DNA from: a virus | Virus record (IMG/VR): IMGVR_UViG_2667527224_000001 | Reading direction: 5' to 3' (one strand) | Length of the DNA stretch: 64,000 nt | Shown here: positions 38,464 through 47,884 of the stretch, piece after piece | Numbering within the stretch: position 1 is the stretch's first letter | Layout of the letters: every line of letters starts with the position of its first letter | Made by a program: the position numbers and the translations under genes | Notes under the pieces: generated by a model | The model's input: only the letters and a program-made list of their open reading frames with translations | What the model was told of the DNA's origin: nothing | Database searches by the model: none

Positions 38464-38889
38464 ATGTACGACTATGCAATTCGCTTTGAGCGAGATGACA
38501 CACCAGGGCTCGCCGTGTTTTGCCGTGACCTGCCGCAATTCCACAGCTACGGCGATGACGAGCAGCACGCGCTGAGCGAAGCGGTGGATGGTATCGAGAC
38601 AACCTTGTCGATCTATGTCGATGAGCGTCGTGCAATTCCGGCAGCGTCTGCACCAGAGGCTGGCGAGCGCGTTGTTCACTTGCCAGCGGTAACCGTTGCC
38701 AAGATCGCTCTGTGGAACGCCATGATGGATCGAGATATGCGCAAGGCTGACTTGTGCCGGTTGCTCGGCGTGCACCAGGCCCAAGGTGATCGATTGGTCG
38801 ACTTCCTGCACACATCGAAGATGGAGCAGCTAGAAGCCGCCCTGTCCGCTCTCGGCAAGCGCCTGGCTATCTCTGTAGAGGCAGCCTGA
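38464..38889 (+). CDS. hicB: HicB antitoxin with C-terminal HTH
   Basis: FRDLP...GD...AL.EA.DG; HTH; follows hicA. Confidence 0.9.
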   Translation: MYDYAIRFERDDTPGLAVFCRDLPQFHSYGDDEQHALSEAVDGIETTLSIYVDERRAIPAASAPEAGERVVHLPAVTVAKIALWNAMMDRDMRKADLCRLLGVHQAQGDRLVDFLHTSKMEQLEAALSALGKRLAISVEAA

Positions 38890-39132
38890 ATAAAAAAGGC
38901 CGTCAGGTGGCGGCCAAGTGCAGCACGGAGCAGCGAGGGGAAATCTTTACTCGGCAATGGTGAAGTCGATGTAATACGCCTTGCCCGGTTCGAGCTTGTC
39001 GGCCGCGGACTTCACGATCTTGGCCTTAATTAAGCGACAGTGTGAGCTTGCCGAAACGGCTTAATCGCCCTGCGTTTCTCTTCAATCGCTAAAGCGAAGG
39101 CTCCACCAGGCCAAGCCAAAGGACACTCAAGA

Positions 39133-39660
39133 ATGAATCTCACCAGCATGCAAACCAAAGATTTGCTCAAGCTTCAGTCTGATGTGATAGGCGAGCTTAG
39201 AAATCGAGGAATCTTGAGAACCATGAATAACCCTACCGGCGACTATGCAGAGTGGCTGGTTGCATCGGCTCTAGGTTTGAAGCTCGCCAATAACTCAGCA
39301 GCAGGTCACGACGCAGAATCTGAAACTGGCAAAAAGATCCAAATAAAAGCGCGCCGGGTAAACCCCACCAACAAATCAAGACAGCTAGGCGTTATACGGA
39401 ATTTGGAAAAAAACGACTTCGACGAATTGGTAGCAGTGGTTTTCAATGAGTCATACGAAGTGGTTGAGGCCGTATCAATCCCCCACTCAGTCATAGCCGA
39501 GTACAGCACGTACAGACAGCACGTGAACGGCCACATATTGCACCTTCGCGGAGCATTGATTTCGGACAATCGCGTTCGTAGCATCCGCGCTGAGTTGAGC
39601 GCTTATAGCGATGCACTCACGTTGCTCACAGAGGCCGCCGAAGCAGACACTTTGGCTTGA
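39133..39660 (+). CDS. Restriction-endonuclease-fold protein (DUF6998-like)
   Basis: GDYAE...GHDA...IQIKAR (E-D-QxK). Confidence 0.65.
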   Translation: MNLTSMQTKDLLKLQSDVIGELRNRGILRTMNNPTGDYAEWLVASALGLKLANNSAAGHDAESETGKKIQIKARRVNPTNKSRQLGVIRNLEKNDFDELVAVVFNESYEVVEAVSIPHSVIAEYSTYRQHVNGHILHLRGALISDNRVRSIRAELSAYSDALTLLTEAAEADTLA

Positions 39661-39851
39661 TCATCGACGTCCTCTAGGGCAAAGAGACGCCTATCAGCCT
39701 TTCACCTTCTGGAAGGCCCGCCGCAGGGAAATCCCAGAAATCAGAAAAACAAAAACCCGGCGCGATGGCCGGGTTCAGGGTTTCGTGTGCGTTTCGCGTT
39801 ACTTGTGCACTATGGGAAAAGTACGCGCAAAATCCCGTCATGTCAATATGA

Positions 39852-40529
39852 TTATGCCGCCTCTTGATCTTTTTCCGCGTGGATCACCTGCCACAACGGC
39901 TGCTGCGCCTGAATATCCACTTCCTTAACCGCTTCTTTCAGGGAGTCCCACAAGTCCAGCCAGTCGCGCGTCCAGTTTTTCGGGTCGATGGTCACCCCGA
40001 AGAAGGCGCTCATCTCCGCCGCTACCCGGGCTGGGCCCCATTCCGCCGCGCCATGAACCTCACCCTTGTAGGATTGCAACGCCATGGTGACCAAATACTG
40101 GGCCTTCACTCGCTTGGCTGAGGTCAGGTCTGGCAGTTGTGCTTTGGCGGTGATCAGCAGCACGGCGTTCATCACGTGTTGCATGGTCATCATCGGGTGA
40201 TACAGGAAGTGTCCGAACTGCTGCACCTGGAATGGCAGCGTGTCGATGGCGCGCAATACCTTGCCGATTGTGGCCAGGTGCGCAGCGCGGGCGGTGGATC
40301 GACCTACCGGCGTGCGGCGCGTCTCGCTGATACTGATCCGCTGACGGACAACTTGAATGCGCTCCTCCTTGTCGTCCCCCAGCGCTGCAAACACAGCCTC
40401 GTGACGCCGCATGCGATTGCCAGTCTTCACCGGTGCCGACTCGGCCTTTTCGATTGCCGCGGCGCTGATCGATGCATTCGATTCGTGCTGCGACTCTGTC
40501 CATACTTGCCTTGCGCTGATCAGTTTCAT
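39852..40529 (-). CDS. Late regulator, Q-like antiterminator
   Basis: Position after NinG, before late operon. Confidence 0.6.
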   Translation of the reverse strand: MKLISARQVWTESQHESNASISAAAIEKAESAPVKTGNRMRRHEAVFAALGDDKEERIQVVRQRISISETRRTPVGRSTARAAHLATIGKVLRAIDTLPFQVQQFGHFLYHPMMTMQHVMNAVLLITAKAQLPDLTSAKRVKAQYLVTMALQSYKGEVHGAAEWGPARVAAEMSAFFGVTIDPKNWTRDWLDLWDSLKEAVKEVDIQAQQPLWQVIHAEKDQEAA

Positions 40530-41110
40530 GCTGCTTCCTTTTTCAATTCTCTGGTCTTTGCCCGGTATTCGGCGGTCATCGCCTTCAATTCTTCGACGGT
40601 GTACTTCTTCGGTTCATGTGGACCTTCCAGCCACTCGACCGCCTCAGCCCCGATTCGCTTCACCAGCTCAATGCGGTAGTTCACGATGTTTCCGGATAGC
40701 TGGGTATTGCAGGGCGAGCATTGTCGGTGGCAGTTGAGTGGTTCGAAACGTAAGGCCGGGTTACTCCCAACCGTCCTGTAATGGCCGGCGTCGTACTTGC
40801 CCTGGTGATGCCGGCCGCAGCTGATACACGGTAACTCGGCATCCCGGGCGCGAACCCAGGCATTGAAGGCGGTCTGCGTGTCTTTGAGGTGATCCGCCCT
40901 ACTCTTCAGCTTCTCCTTGCGGACCTTGATCTCACGGCGCTCGATCTGGGCCAGCGATTTGCGCGCCTTCTCCTGGTTCACGTCCTTGATGGCCAGGCCG
41001 CATGCCCAGCTGCACACCTTTTGCGCGGTGGAGAATGACGGCTTGAAGCTCGCCCCGCAGGCCGGATTCCGGCACTTCTTCGCCTTGGCTTCCTTGAGGG
41101 CGACTCTCAT
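40526..41110 (-). CDS. ninG: NinG recombination protein
   Basis: CISCG, DAGHY, RF..LNCHRQC..CN. Confidence 0.9.
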   Translation of the reverse strand: MRVALKEAKAKKCRNPACGASFKPSFSTAQKVCSWACGLAIKDVNQEKARKSLAQIERREIKVRKEKLKSRADHLKDTQTAFNAWVRARDAELPCISCGRHHQGKYDAGHYRTVGSNPALRFEPLNCHRQCSPCNTQLSGNIVNYRIELVKRIGAEAVEWLEGPHEPKKYTVEELKAMTAEYRAKTRELKKEAA

Positions 41111-41694
41111 GCATAGCTCCCCAGCTGATCAGCAGCAGACAGCGCCTCAGCCTCACTCTCAAAGTGCGCGGACAGCACCAATCGCCAGCAGGCGTTAAAC
41201 ACGTCGCGGTAAAGTGGCTCAAAGGCCGTATCGTCCATATTTGCCCAACTGATCGACTTGGCCTCTTTGCGGATACCTTCCGGCGTGTGCACCAGGTGGA
41301 AGTGGCCGGCCTCGATCGTCACCCATTCGCGGAATGCTTCACGGCTCTTGTCCACCGCCGGGAAGCGTTCAGCGCGTGCCGTCTCCAGGCCGGCGACGTA
41401 AGCCGCGACCGCGTGAGACAGCTGCCCCGGCTTGCCGCTTTGCGCCTCGAAGAACTTGGCCAGTCCCTGAATGCCACGCATCTCTTGGCGCGGGATGAGG
41501 CCGCCAACCGGCTCCCAGTAGTCCCATGCCAGATCAAGCATCGAGAAGAACTTGCCGTGAAACTTGCCGTTGCGCATGCGGGTGAACTTGCCGTGAATGA
41601 CCTGGCCAGCCTTCCACTTTTGGACCAGTTCGCGGTCGGCCTCGGTGGCTGGCACCAAACCTTGGGCGGTGCGGATCAATGCGAGTTCAGCCAT
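41107..41694 (-). CDS. DUF1367 protein
   Basis: RN.KFH.KFF.ML, SIS.ANMD..F. Confidence 0.8.
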   Translation of the reverse strand: MAELALIRTAQGLVPATEADRELVQKWKAGQVIHGKFTRMRNGKFHGKFFSMLDLAWDYWEPVGGLIPRQEMRGIQGLAKFFEAQSGKPGQLSHAVAAYVAGLETARAERFPAVDKSREAFREWVTIEAGHFHLVHTPEGIRKEAKSISWANMDDTAFEPLYRDVFNACWRLVLSAHFESEAEALSAADQLGSYA

Positions 41695-42487
41695 GGGATA
41701 CCCTCCCCGATGCCAACTCCTCAACCTGCCTCAATAGCAGGGCTCGACGATCTGCCAACTCATTGGCCGCTTCGATCCGCATCTCGTCCTTCCTTTCGGC
41801 GCTTGCCGCACGCATTTTCATCATGGAAGCTTTTACCCCCTGAAGCCTTTCGCGAACTGCCGGAGTCGGCCGGGTAACTTCACCGGTGATCAGGCCCGCC
41901 AGAGCGCGACCGTCTTCGGTCACTGGCGCCACGCTCAGGTCCGCCAGATACAACTGTCCGCGCTCTTGTGGAATGCGCTGCATCTGCACGGCCTTGGTGA
42001 TCGCCGCGGTGCGCCGGCTTGCGTCGAACCCTACAGACACATGCCAGTTCACCGGCTTAACGTCGCCTCGGGCCTGGGCGACAAATCGCTCGTAAGCACT
42101 AATGAACGCCATGCGAGCGCCTATCTTGTCGCCGGCATCGAGGACAGGTTTTGCCGCGGCCAAGGCGAGCTGGATCTCGTCGGTCAGCACAACCGTCTCG
42201 AATTCGTCGTTCGTGGTCATGGCGATGGCCCATGCTTCGTCCTTGCCAGGCCGGCCATCAGCAGCCTGAACACGCTGCAGGATGTCGGCCATAGCCAGCT
42301 TGCCCTTCACCTCAAAGCGGCAAGCCTTCAGCGCGGCTTTCACGGCAGACACCGAGTAAGCGCACAGATCCTCGGCCATCATTGCCGCAGTGCCTGGGTT
42401 CATCTCCTGGCCCATGGCCTCGGCCGTGGCACAGATCGCCGCAGCCAACCCAGCAACCTGCTGGTCGTTCATTTCAGAGGTATTCAT
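41687..42487 (-). CDS. Replication protein P-like
   Basis: Follows O-like gene; RPGKDEAW. Confidence 0.6.
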   Translation of the reverse strand: MNTSEMNDQQVAGLAAAICATAEAMGQEMNPGTAAMMAEDLCAYSVSAVKAALKACRFEVKGKLAMADILQRVQAADGRPGKDEAWAIAMTTNDEFETVVLTDEIQLALAAAKPVLDAGDKIGARMAFISAYERFVAQARGDVKPVNWHVSVGFDASRRTAAITKAVQMQRIPQERGQLYLADLSVAPVTEDGRALAGLITGEVTRPTPAVRERLQGVKASMMKMRAASAERKDEMRIEAANELADRRALLLRQVEELASGRVSHG

Positions 42488-43451
42488 TGCGCTCTCCTGC
42501 CTGGCGCTTGGCCAAGACCATTTGGGCGGCCTGCTCCGCTGCGGACAGATTCGCTTCGGTGCGCTCCATCTGGCGGGCGGTGGTTCCGTTGACGCGCTGA
42601 CCGGTTACCCATTGGGTGTGGTAGCTCTCAGCGTTCGCCAACAGCTCGTTGAGGCTGTGACACTTGCGTATGACGGCGGCATCACTGGTTTTCAGGAAGT
42701 GGGCTGCAACGTGGTGGGCGACGTCAGCGCCGAGACGGTCGACCAACTGGCCGAGTTGGCCGCCGACCTTGGCATTCCACACCGGCCAGGTGCCGTAGCG
42801 CTTGCGGTAGGCCATGGCGTAGTTCGCCCAGACCTTGAAGGTTTTGCAGGTCTGGTCCTTGGGGCCCGGCATGTCTGCGGGGATCTCAACCCGTGGAGCG
42901 TCAGAGCGATCAACCACCAGCACCAAGCCGCGGGACTGGGTCGGCTTGTCCGAGCCATCCTGCAAGCTGTGACTGGTCTCCTGATTGGTAACCTGATTAT
43001 TGGTATCCTGATTTGTCGGAGATTTTTCCGACCCTAGATCGGATTTTTTTCCGACCTTGCTCGGATATTTTTCCGAGGTAGATCGGATTTTTTTCCGACC
43101 CTTGGATTCTGGCGGGGTCGGATATTTTTCCGACCCATCCTGCTTCTTGTTCCACTCGGCGGCTTTCTGGGTCAGGCGAAAAAGCGTGATGTTCGAAGTG
43201 CTGGAAAGCTCGATCAAACCAGCTTCTTCCAGGGCCTTCAGCATGCGATACGCCGTGTCCGGCTTGTCGGTCAGCAAAGGCAGCTCTTCCACGATCTTGG
43301 CCTTGCTCAAAGCAAAGAAGATCCCGTCATCAGTCTTGAGCGCTTTGGCCCAGCTTGGGCAGCCGTAGACGAACGCGAACAGCAACGCTTGTTGGGAGTT
43401 GAGCCCCCACTCAAGCGCCTTCGCCTGGTTGATCGTCACGGTGAATTGCAT
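42474..43451 (-). CDS. Replication initiator O-like
   Basis: N-terminal wHTH, internal iterons. Confidence 0.8.
   Translation of the reverse strand: MQFTVTINQAKALEWGLNSQQALLFAFVYGCPSWAKALKTDDGIFFALSKAKIVEELPLLTDKPDTAYRMLKALEEAGLIELSSTSNITLFRLTQKAAEWNKKQDGSEKYPTPPESKGRKKIRSTSEKYPSKVGKKSDLGSEKSPTNQDTNNQVTNQETSHSLQDGSDKPTQSRGLVLVVDRSDAPRVEIPADMPGPKDQTCKTFKVWANYAMAYRKRYGTWPVWNAKVGGQLGQLVDRLGADVAHHVAAHFLKTSDAAVIRKCHSLNELLANAESYHTQWVTGQRVNGTTARQMERTEANLSAAEQAAQMVLAKRQAGERNEYL
43016..43135. repeat. Five TCGGA-(A/T)n-TCCGA iterons, probable phage ori
   Basis: At 43016, 43039, 43061, 43083, 43118. Confidence 0.8.
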
Positions 43452-43452
43452 G

Positions 43453-44259
43453 TCAGGCCTTCCCGACCAGTGCGGCCAGTTCGAGGAAGCGATCGACGTA
43501 CCAGTGAGGCTGCGTCTCGCGAGGGGATTGAGGGTTGATGAGGTTCTTGCCGTAGGTCATGCCCTTGTCGGTCACGCACCAGAAGTTGACCGTTTCCTGC
43601 TTGGAGTTCTTGCGCGGGAGCTGCCTGAGGAAGCCCTTGGCGGCCAGTGCGCGATTGAAGGCGGCCGCTGTGCTGGCGATGCCGTGATCTTTGATCAGGG
43701 CAGTAATGGCCTTAGTGGGCATGGAGCTGCCACCGGTGGCGTCTGGTGCGGCATCGACGGCGTAGCCAGGCAGGAACTTCGGATCAAGCCCGTTGTTCTG
43801 GGCGATCTTCGTGAGCATCAGCATTTGGCTGGATGGTGCAGGCTTTAGGAGGCGCGTGAAGCACTCCATGATTGCCAGTTCACCGACGACCTTCGTGCCA
43901 TTGAGCAAGACCTGCGCGCGCGCGCCCTGTTGCTGTTCCAGTTCGCGCCAGCGGCGAATCACCTTCATGCGCATCGGAGCGCTGTAGCCGGTGAGTAGGC
44001 AGTCGGTGTGCTCGCGGTCGAGCAAATACTGCACCTGCTCACGGTTGCGACCATCCAGATAGATGTCCTCAAAACTGAGTACATCTACTTTCAGGTCTTT
44101 CAGCATTGCCACGATGTCGCGCTTCACGTTGTCGTGACGCTTGCCGGTGACATTGGCGATCTCGAGTGAGGACATCGTGGTACGCGACACGTTTTCAGAA
44201 TTAACAAAACGTGTCGCGACATTGGCTGGAGTATTGACGTGGGAAATTTGGTTGTTCAT
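43453..44259 (-). CDS. Rha-family / KilA-C antirepressor
   Basis: MSSLEIA..TGKRHDNV.RDI; C-term TDKG..YG. Confidence 0.85.
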   Translation of the reverse strand: MNNQISHVNTPANVATRFVNSENVSRTTMSSLEIANVTGKRHDNVKRDIVAMLKDLKVDVLSFEDIYLDGRNREQVQYLLDREHTDCLLTGYSAPMRMKVIRRWRELEQQQGARAQVLLNGTKVVGELAIMECFTRLLKPAPSSQMLMLTKIAQNNGLDPKFLPGYAVDAAPDATGGSSMPTKAITALIKDHGIASTAAAFNRALAAKGFLRQLPRKNSKQETVNFWCVTDKGMTYGKNLINPQSPRETQPHWYVDRFLELAALVGKA

Positions 44260-44514
44260 GCTTACCTCATCACGTTGTGCGAATAAGCCGGGTCACTACC
44301 CCGGCTTTTTCATGTCTGAAATTCAGTCGATTGCTTTTCCGCAGGCGCAACTAATCCCGTCGGCAGGGCTTCTGCCCTCAGCGTTCAATGTCCTCAAGCG
44401 TCCTGTTGTCTTGCTGTCCATTTCCTTTCCCCTGATGGTCGTCCTGGTGCGAGCGGCTTAACTGCCGGCTACGCCCGTGTTGCTCTTCGGCCCCCGCCGA
44501 TGTGTTGCGATTAC

Positions 44515-44979
44515 TTACCCGGCCTTGTGCAGCTCTATCACCGCAGCTACAGCCTCGAGGCTGGCCGACATGTACTTGGCATGCAGGGCGCGGATCTTCT
44601 TGGCTTCTGCGGCATCGATCTCGCCGTCTTCCAGTGCAGTCGCCACCATCTGATCCAGGGCGCCGCGCTGTGCCGAGGCATTCAGTGAGCGCTGGTACAG
44701 GTCGACGTTATCCAGCTGGCCTGCCTCGGGCAGTCGAACGAACACACCGCCGTACATGGCGCAGATGTAGTTGGGCAGGTGTTCGGTTTTGGTTTCGCTT
44801 TCCAGGACGAAGATTTCGGTGTCGCTCAAAGGCTTGCAACCCGCCGTCTCGTAGATCTGGTTTTCGAGGCGTTTGTCCTTGATGCCCAGGCGAGCGGCAG
44901 CGCAGTCCATGCCGCCTGGGAAGGCGGTGGATACGGCAGCCATCACTTGGCGACGGGTCTCTAGTACGAGCGTTTTCAT
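44515..44979 (-). CDS. CII-like regulatory protein
   Basis: Position after cro; family pattern. Confidence 0.6.
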   Translation of the reverse strand: MKTLVLETRRQVMAAVSTAFPGGMDCAAARLGIKDKRLENQIYETAGCKPLSDTEIFVLESETKTEHLPNYICAMYGGVFVRLPEAGQLDNVDLYQRSLNASAQRGALDQMVATALEDGEIDAAEAKKIRALHAKYMSASLEAVAAVIELHKAG

Positions 44980-45027
44980 GTCCTAGTTTTTCCTTTGTGC
45001 TGATACGGCCAAAATGCCATCACCGAA

Positions 45028-45258
45028 ATGATCAAGGACGCATCCATGACCGACTCTTCCGAACTACAAGGCGAGGTAGCCGCCCTTTGCTGCTTGGTAG
45101 TCGCACTGGCTTCCACCCTTCCCTTGTCGTCTCAACTCAGGCTTTGGCCTGCGTTTGAGAGGGTTGCCGGTCCGTTACGGGGTCGGCTTGGTCGTGAAGA
45201 GCTGCGAGGGTTTGAGCGGGCGACTGCATCACTCAGTTCGCAGCGGGTTGTGGGTTAG
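45028..45258 (+). CDS. Small antisense hypothetical
   Basis: 76-aa ORF between cro and cII. Confidence 0.5.
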   Translation: MIKDASMTDSSELQGEVAALCCLVVALASTLPLSSQLRLWPAFERVAGPLRGRLGREELRGFERATASLSSQRVVG

Positions 45259-45485
45259 GCGGCGGAAAGTGATTCAGTCGGATAGAGATCCGGCCGCAGC
45301 TCGTGGCGCGACACGCCGGTGGCTTTTTCGATTTCGAGAACTCGCTCGGCAGGGACACGCCCGGAGGCGCACATTTTCTGCACCGCCTGAGGAGTGACCT
45401 TGAGGAGGCGAGCTAGGGCGGACTGCCCGCCAGCGGCTTTAGCCGCCCTGCAGATAGGCAGGTCTTCGATAAGTAGCTCTTCCAT
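45255..45485 (-). CDS. cro: Cro-like (YdaS) repressor
   Basis: GGQSALARLL..TPQAVQK...VSRHELRPDLY; divergent from cI. Confidence 0.88.
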   Translation of the reverse strand: MEELLIEDLPICRAAKAAGGQSALARLLKVTPQAVQKMCASGRVPAERVLEIEKATGVSRHELRPDLYPTESLSAA

Positions 45486-45499
45486 TTTGAACCTCAAAG

Positions 45500-45591
45500 T
45501 TACAATTACAACCAGAGGTTATCGTATGATAAGCCAACTTACAACTTACATTCACAGTGAAAATTACAACTACCGGTTGCATCATTGAGCT
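45500..45591. promoter_or_regulatory. OR region with 17-bp operators TACAAC-N5-GTT(G/A)
   Basis: 45507-45523 TACAACCAGAGGTTATC; 45565-45581 TACAACTACCGGTTGCA; extra half-sites. Confidence 0.75.
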
Positions 45592-46305
45592 ATGAGCACA
45601 TTAGGTAAGCGCATAGCGCAAAAACGAGAGCAATCAGGGTTGAGTCAGTCTGAGCTGGCTCGCCGCCTTGGCTTGTCGCCTCAAGCAATCCAGAAATGGG
45701 AGTCGGAGGCTTCGGTTCCGCGAGGACGGAGGCTCGACGAAATAGCAGGCGCCCTTTCGACTTCGGTCGGTTTTTTGGTCACTGGCGAGGCTGCAGCTGA
45801 GGCTCAGCGCAAGATTGAATCGAACGCCACAATGATCGGCTCAATTGACGTATGGGATGACGACACCCCGCTGGACGATGATGAGGTTTACGTGCCGTTC
45901 CTTAAGGAAGTGGAGCTGTCGGCAGGGAGCGGGAAGACCGTCGTTGAGCAATCCCACAAGCAGAAACTGCGCTTTGGAAAGCTGACCCTGCGACGCCAAG
46001 GCGTACAGCCGAGCGAGGCTGTATGTGTAACTGTAAGCGGGAACAGCATGGAGCCTGTGCTGCCGGACAAAAGCACCGTGGGTGTTGACCAGGGCAGCAC
46101 AAGTGTTGTGGACGGAAAGATGTATGCCATCGATCACGACGGCCAGCTCCGGGTAAAAACCCTCTACCGTCTGCCAGGTGGAGGCGTCCGTATGCGCAGC
46201 TTCAATCGGGACGAGCACCCTGATGAGGAGTACACGGCGCAAGAGATGGCCGAGCGGAACATTCACATCAAAGGCAGGGTTTTCTGGTCGTCCGTACTTT
46301 GGTAG
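45592..46305 (+). CDS. cI: CI repressor (HTH + S24 autopeptidase)
   Basis: HTH; AG site; GNSMEP; LRVK. Confidence 0.93.
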   Translation: MSTLGKRIAQKREQSGLSQSELARRLGLSPQAIQKWESEASVPRGRRLDEIAGALSTSVGFLVTGEAAAEAQRKIESNATMIGSIDVWDDDTPLDDDEVYVPFLKEVELSAGSGKTVVEQSHKQKLRFGKLTLRRQGVQPSEAVCVTVSGNSMEPVLPDKSTVGVDQGSTSVVDGKMYAIDHDGQLRVKTLYRLPGGGVRMRSFNRDEHPDEEYTAQEMAERNIHIKGRVFWSSVLW

Positions 46306-46344
46306 TGCCGCTGATCAGCCTGTAAAAAATCCAGCGAGGAAGTT

Positions 46345-46584
46345 ATGCCCCTCACCAAGCCCAACCAACAGTTACGCCGTGATCTGAAAGAAGTCGCTGC
46401 CCTGCTCAAGTGGTCAGGGGTCGACCTGACGGGGATGACTGTACGGTTATCCGAGTCGGGGCTTGAGGCTGAGGCGCGGGAGCTGCTCAAGATAGTGGCG
46501 AGCTTTCCGGATGCCGAGGACAAGCTGGTGGCTTATGCCGCAGAGGTACAAATAGGGCTTGTTACCAGGGTGAAGGCTGAATAA
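46345..46584 (+). CDS. Small hypothetical (MPLTKPNQ family)
   Basis: GAGGA RBS. Confidence 0.65.
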   Translation: MPLTKPNQQLRRDLKEVAALLKWSGVDLTGMTVRLSESGLEAEARELLKIVASFPDAEDKLVAYAAEVQIGLVTRVKAE

Positions 46585-46631
46585 CTGGAACAGCGGTGAG
46601 AAGCAGGTGATTTAATCAAGGGCCTATCAAG

Positions 46632-46820
46632 ATGGCGCACTCGCTTCAATACCACATAGGCGAATCCGTCCGTGCCATTGAGGTCGAGGCGGAGCGACTG
46701 CTGGACGTAATGGACAGCCTCAAAGAAGCCGGAAATGAAGATCTGTCTAATACTGTCTTGGTTCAGGTGCAGAAGCTTCTTGAGGTTGCGATAGCGCTGA
46801 GAATTGCTGCATCGGGGTGA
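46632..46820 (+). CDS. Small helical hypothetical
   Basis: 62-aa ORF, resembles 47152. Confidence 0.55.
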   Translation: MAHSLQYHIGESVRAIEVEAERLLDVMDSLKEAGNEDLSNTVLVQVQKLLEVAIALRIAASG

Positions 46821-46917
46821 AAGCCGAGCTTGAGTTGGGGAAAGATTGCGCGAGCCAAGCCTGAATGGGCGTGGCGGTTTTGTAAAACACGGAGCTCCAT
46901 TAATTCCAAGGATAGGT

Positions 46918-47118
46918 ATGAAAAAGACAATAGCTCTATCGATGCTGGCGCTGCTTTTAGGCTGCAGTACTCACAAGCCTGAACCTCCCATCCTCCCGCA
47001 GGGCAACATGCCGATGACGGAGCGGGAGTACCAAGAATCAGAGCTGTTGCTGCTCAATGGGCAGAAGCTGCCTCCTGAAGAGTACCAGCGGCGGCGAAAT
47101 GAGATTTTGGCGCGCTAG
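46918..47118 (+). CDS. Small lipoprotein with SHOCT-like tail
   Basis: LLLGC lipobox; LLNGQKLPPEEYQRRRNEIL. Confidence 0.7.
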   Translation: MKKTIALSMLALLLGCSTHKPEPPILPQGNMPMTEREYQESELLLLNGQKLPPEEYQRRRNEILAR

Positions 47119-47151
47119 GAACTGCGTAACGACAACTTACAGGAGGTAGCC

Positions 47152-47337
47152 ATGGGTCACTCGGTGAAATTCCAGGCCGAGGTCTTGGCGAAGGATCTGG
47201 AGGCTCAGGCCGAAAAGATGCTTGAGCAGGAATTGATTTTTAGAGAGGCGGGACGGCCGGCACTGGCCGACCAAGTATTGGCGCAGCACAAACGATTGCT
47301 TGAAGCCATTGCAGCGCTTCGAGATCTGAATAAGTGA
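47152..47337 (+). CDS. Small helical hypothetical
   Basis: AGGAGG RBS. Confidence 0.65.
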   Translation: MGHSVKFQAEVLAKDLEAQAEKMLEQELIFREAGRPALADQVLAQHKRLLEAIAALRDLNK

Positions 47338-47346
47338 TAGGACGCC

Positions 47347-47529
47347 ATGCCGCTCAACAATCCAAAACAAGAACTAAAGCGCGACCTGAAAGACGCTGCC
47401 GCCGCTCTTGAGCATGCCGATACCCTGGCACTGATGATGCTGATCAGCGGGCTTTATGCGGGAGATCGGCTGTCGGCGCTAGCGGATGAGGTGATGGCGG
47501 GAAGGATTGTGCGGGGGAAGGCTGGGTAG
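47347..47529 (+). pseudogene. Shortened paralog of 46345 gene
   Basis: MPLNNPKQELKRDLK vs MPLTKPNQQLRRDLK; similar C-term, shorter middle. Confidence 0.5.
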
Positions 47530-47579
47530 GTGGGCTGGTGGAGATTTTTAGGGCAGTTTTCAATCATAAGGGAAGTGAG

Positions 47580-47882
47580 ATGACCAGAGAATACGAGCGC
47601 AACGATGTGCCACCCCAATCGCCAGTGGTGAAGAGGACGGCAAATCACATTAATGAACACTGTACCGCTGTATTTGTCATGGCTATGGGGACGCCAGAAG
47701 GTCAGCGACTGGTTCTTCAGTTCGGAAGGGATGCTGTCGAGCTTTCTGACGGATCGACGCGAGGCAACAGTATCGTTAGCACGATCCAGCATACCTTTGC
47801 GAACATCACTATTGATTCGTCCGAAGCCGTGCGAATGGCCGAAGCTATACTGGACTTGGCTAAGGGCAAGACGGGTCGCTAA
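47580..47882 (+). CDS. Hypothetical, first gene of a two-gene unit
   Basis: 100 aa, coupled to next gene. Confidence 0.65.
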   Translation: MTREYERNDVPPQSPVVKRTANHINEHCTAVFVMAMGTPEGQRLVLQFGRDAVELSDGSTRGNSIVSTIQHTFANITIDSSEAVRMAEAILDLAKGKTGR

Positions 47883-47884
47883 CC

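Noticed and set aside
38202-38889. HicAB itself as a novel system
   Set aside because: Well-known type II TA family; only its operator similarity and context are flagged
46320-46334. Possible LexA box CTGTAAAAAATCCAG after cI
   Set aside because: Only 9 nt between CTG and CAG; 10 required
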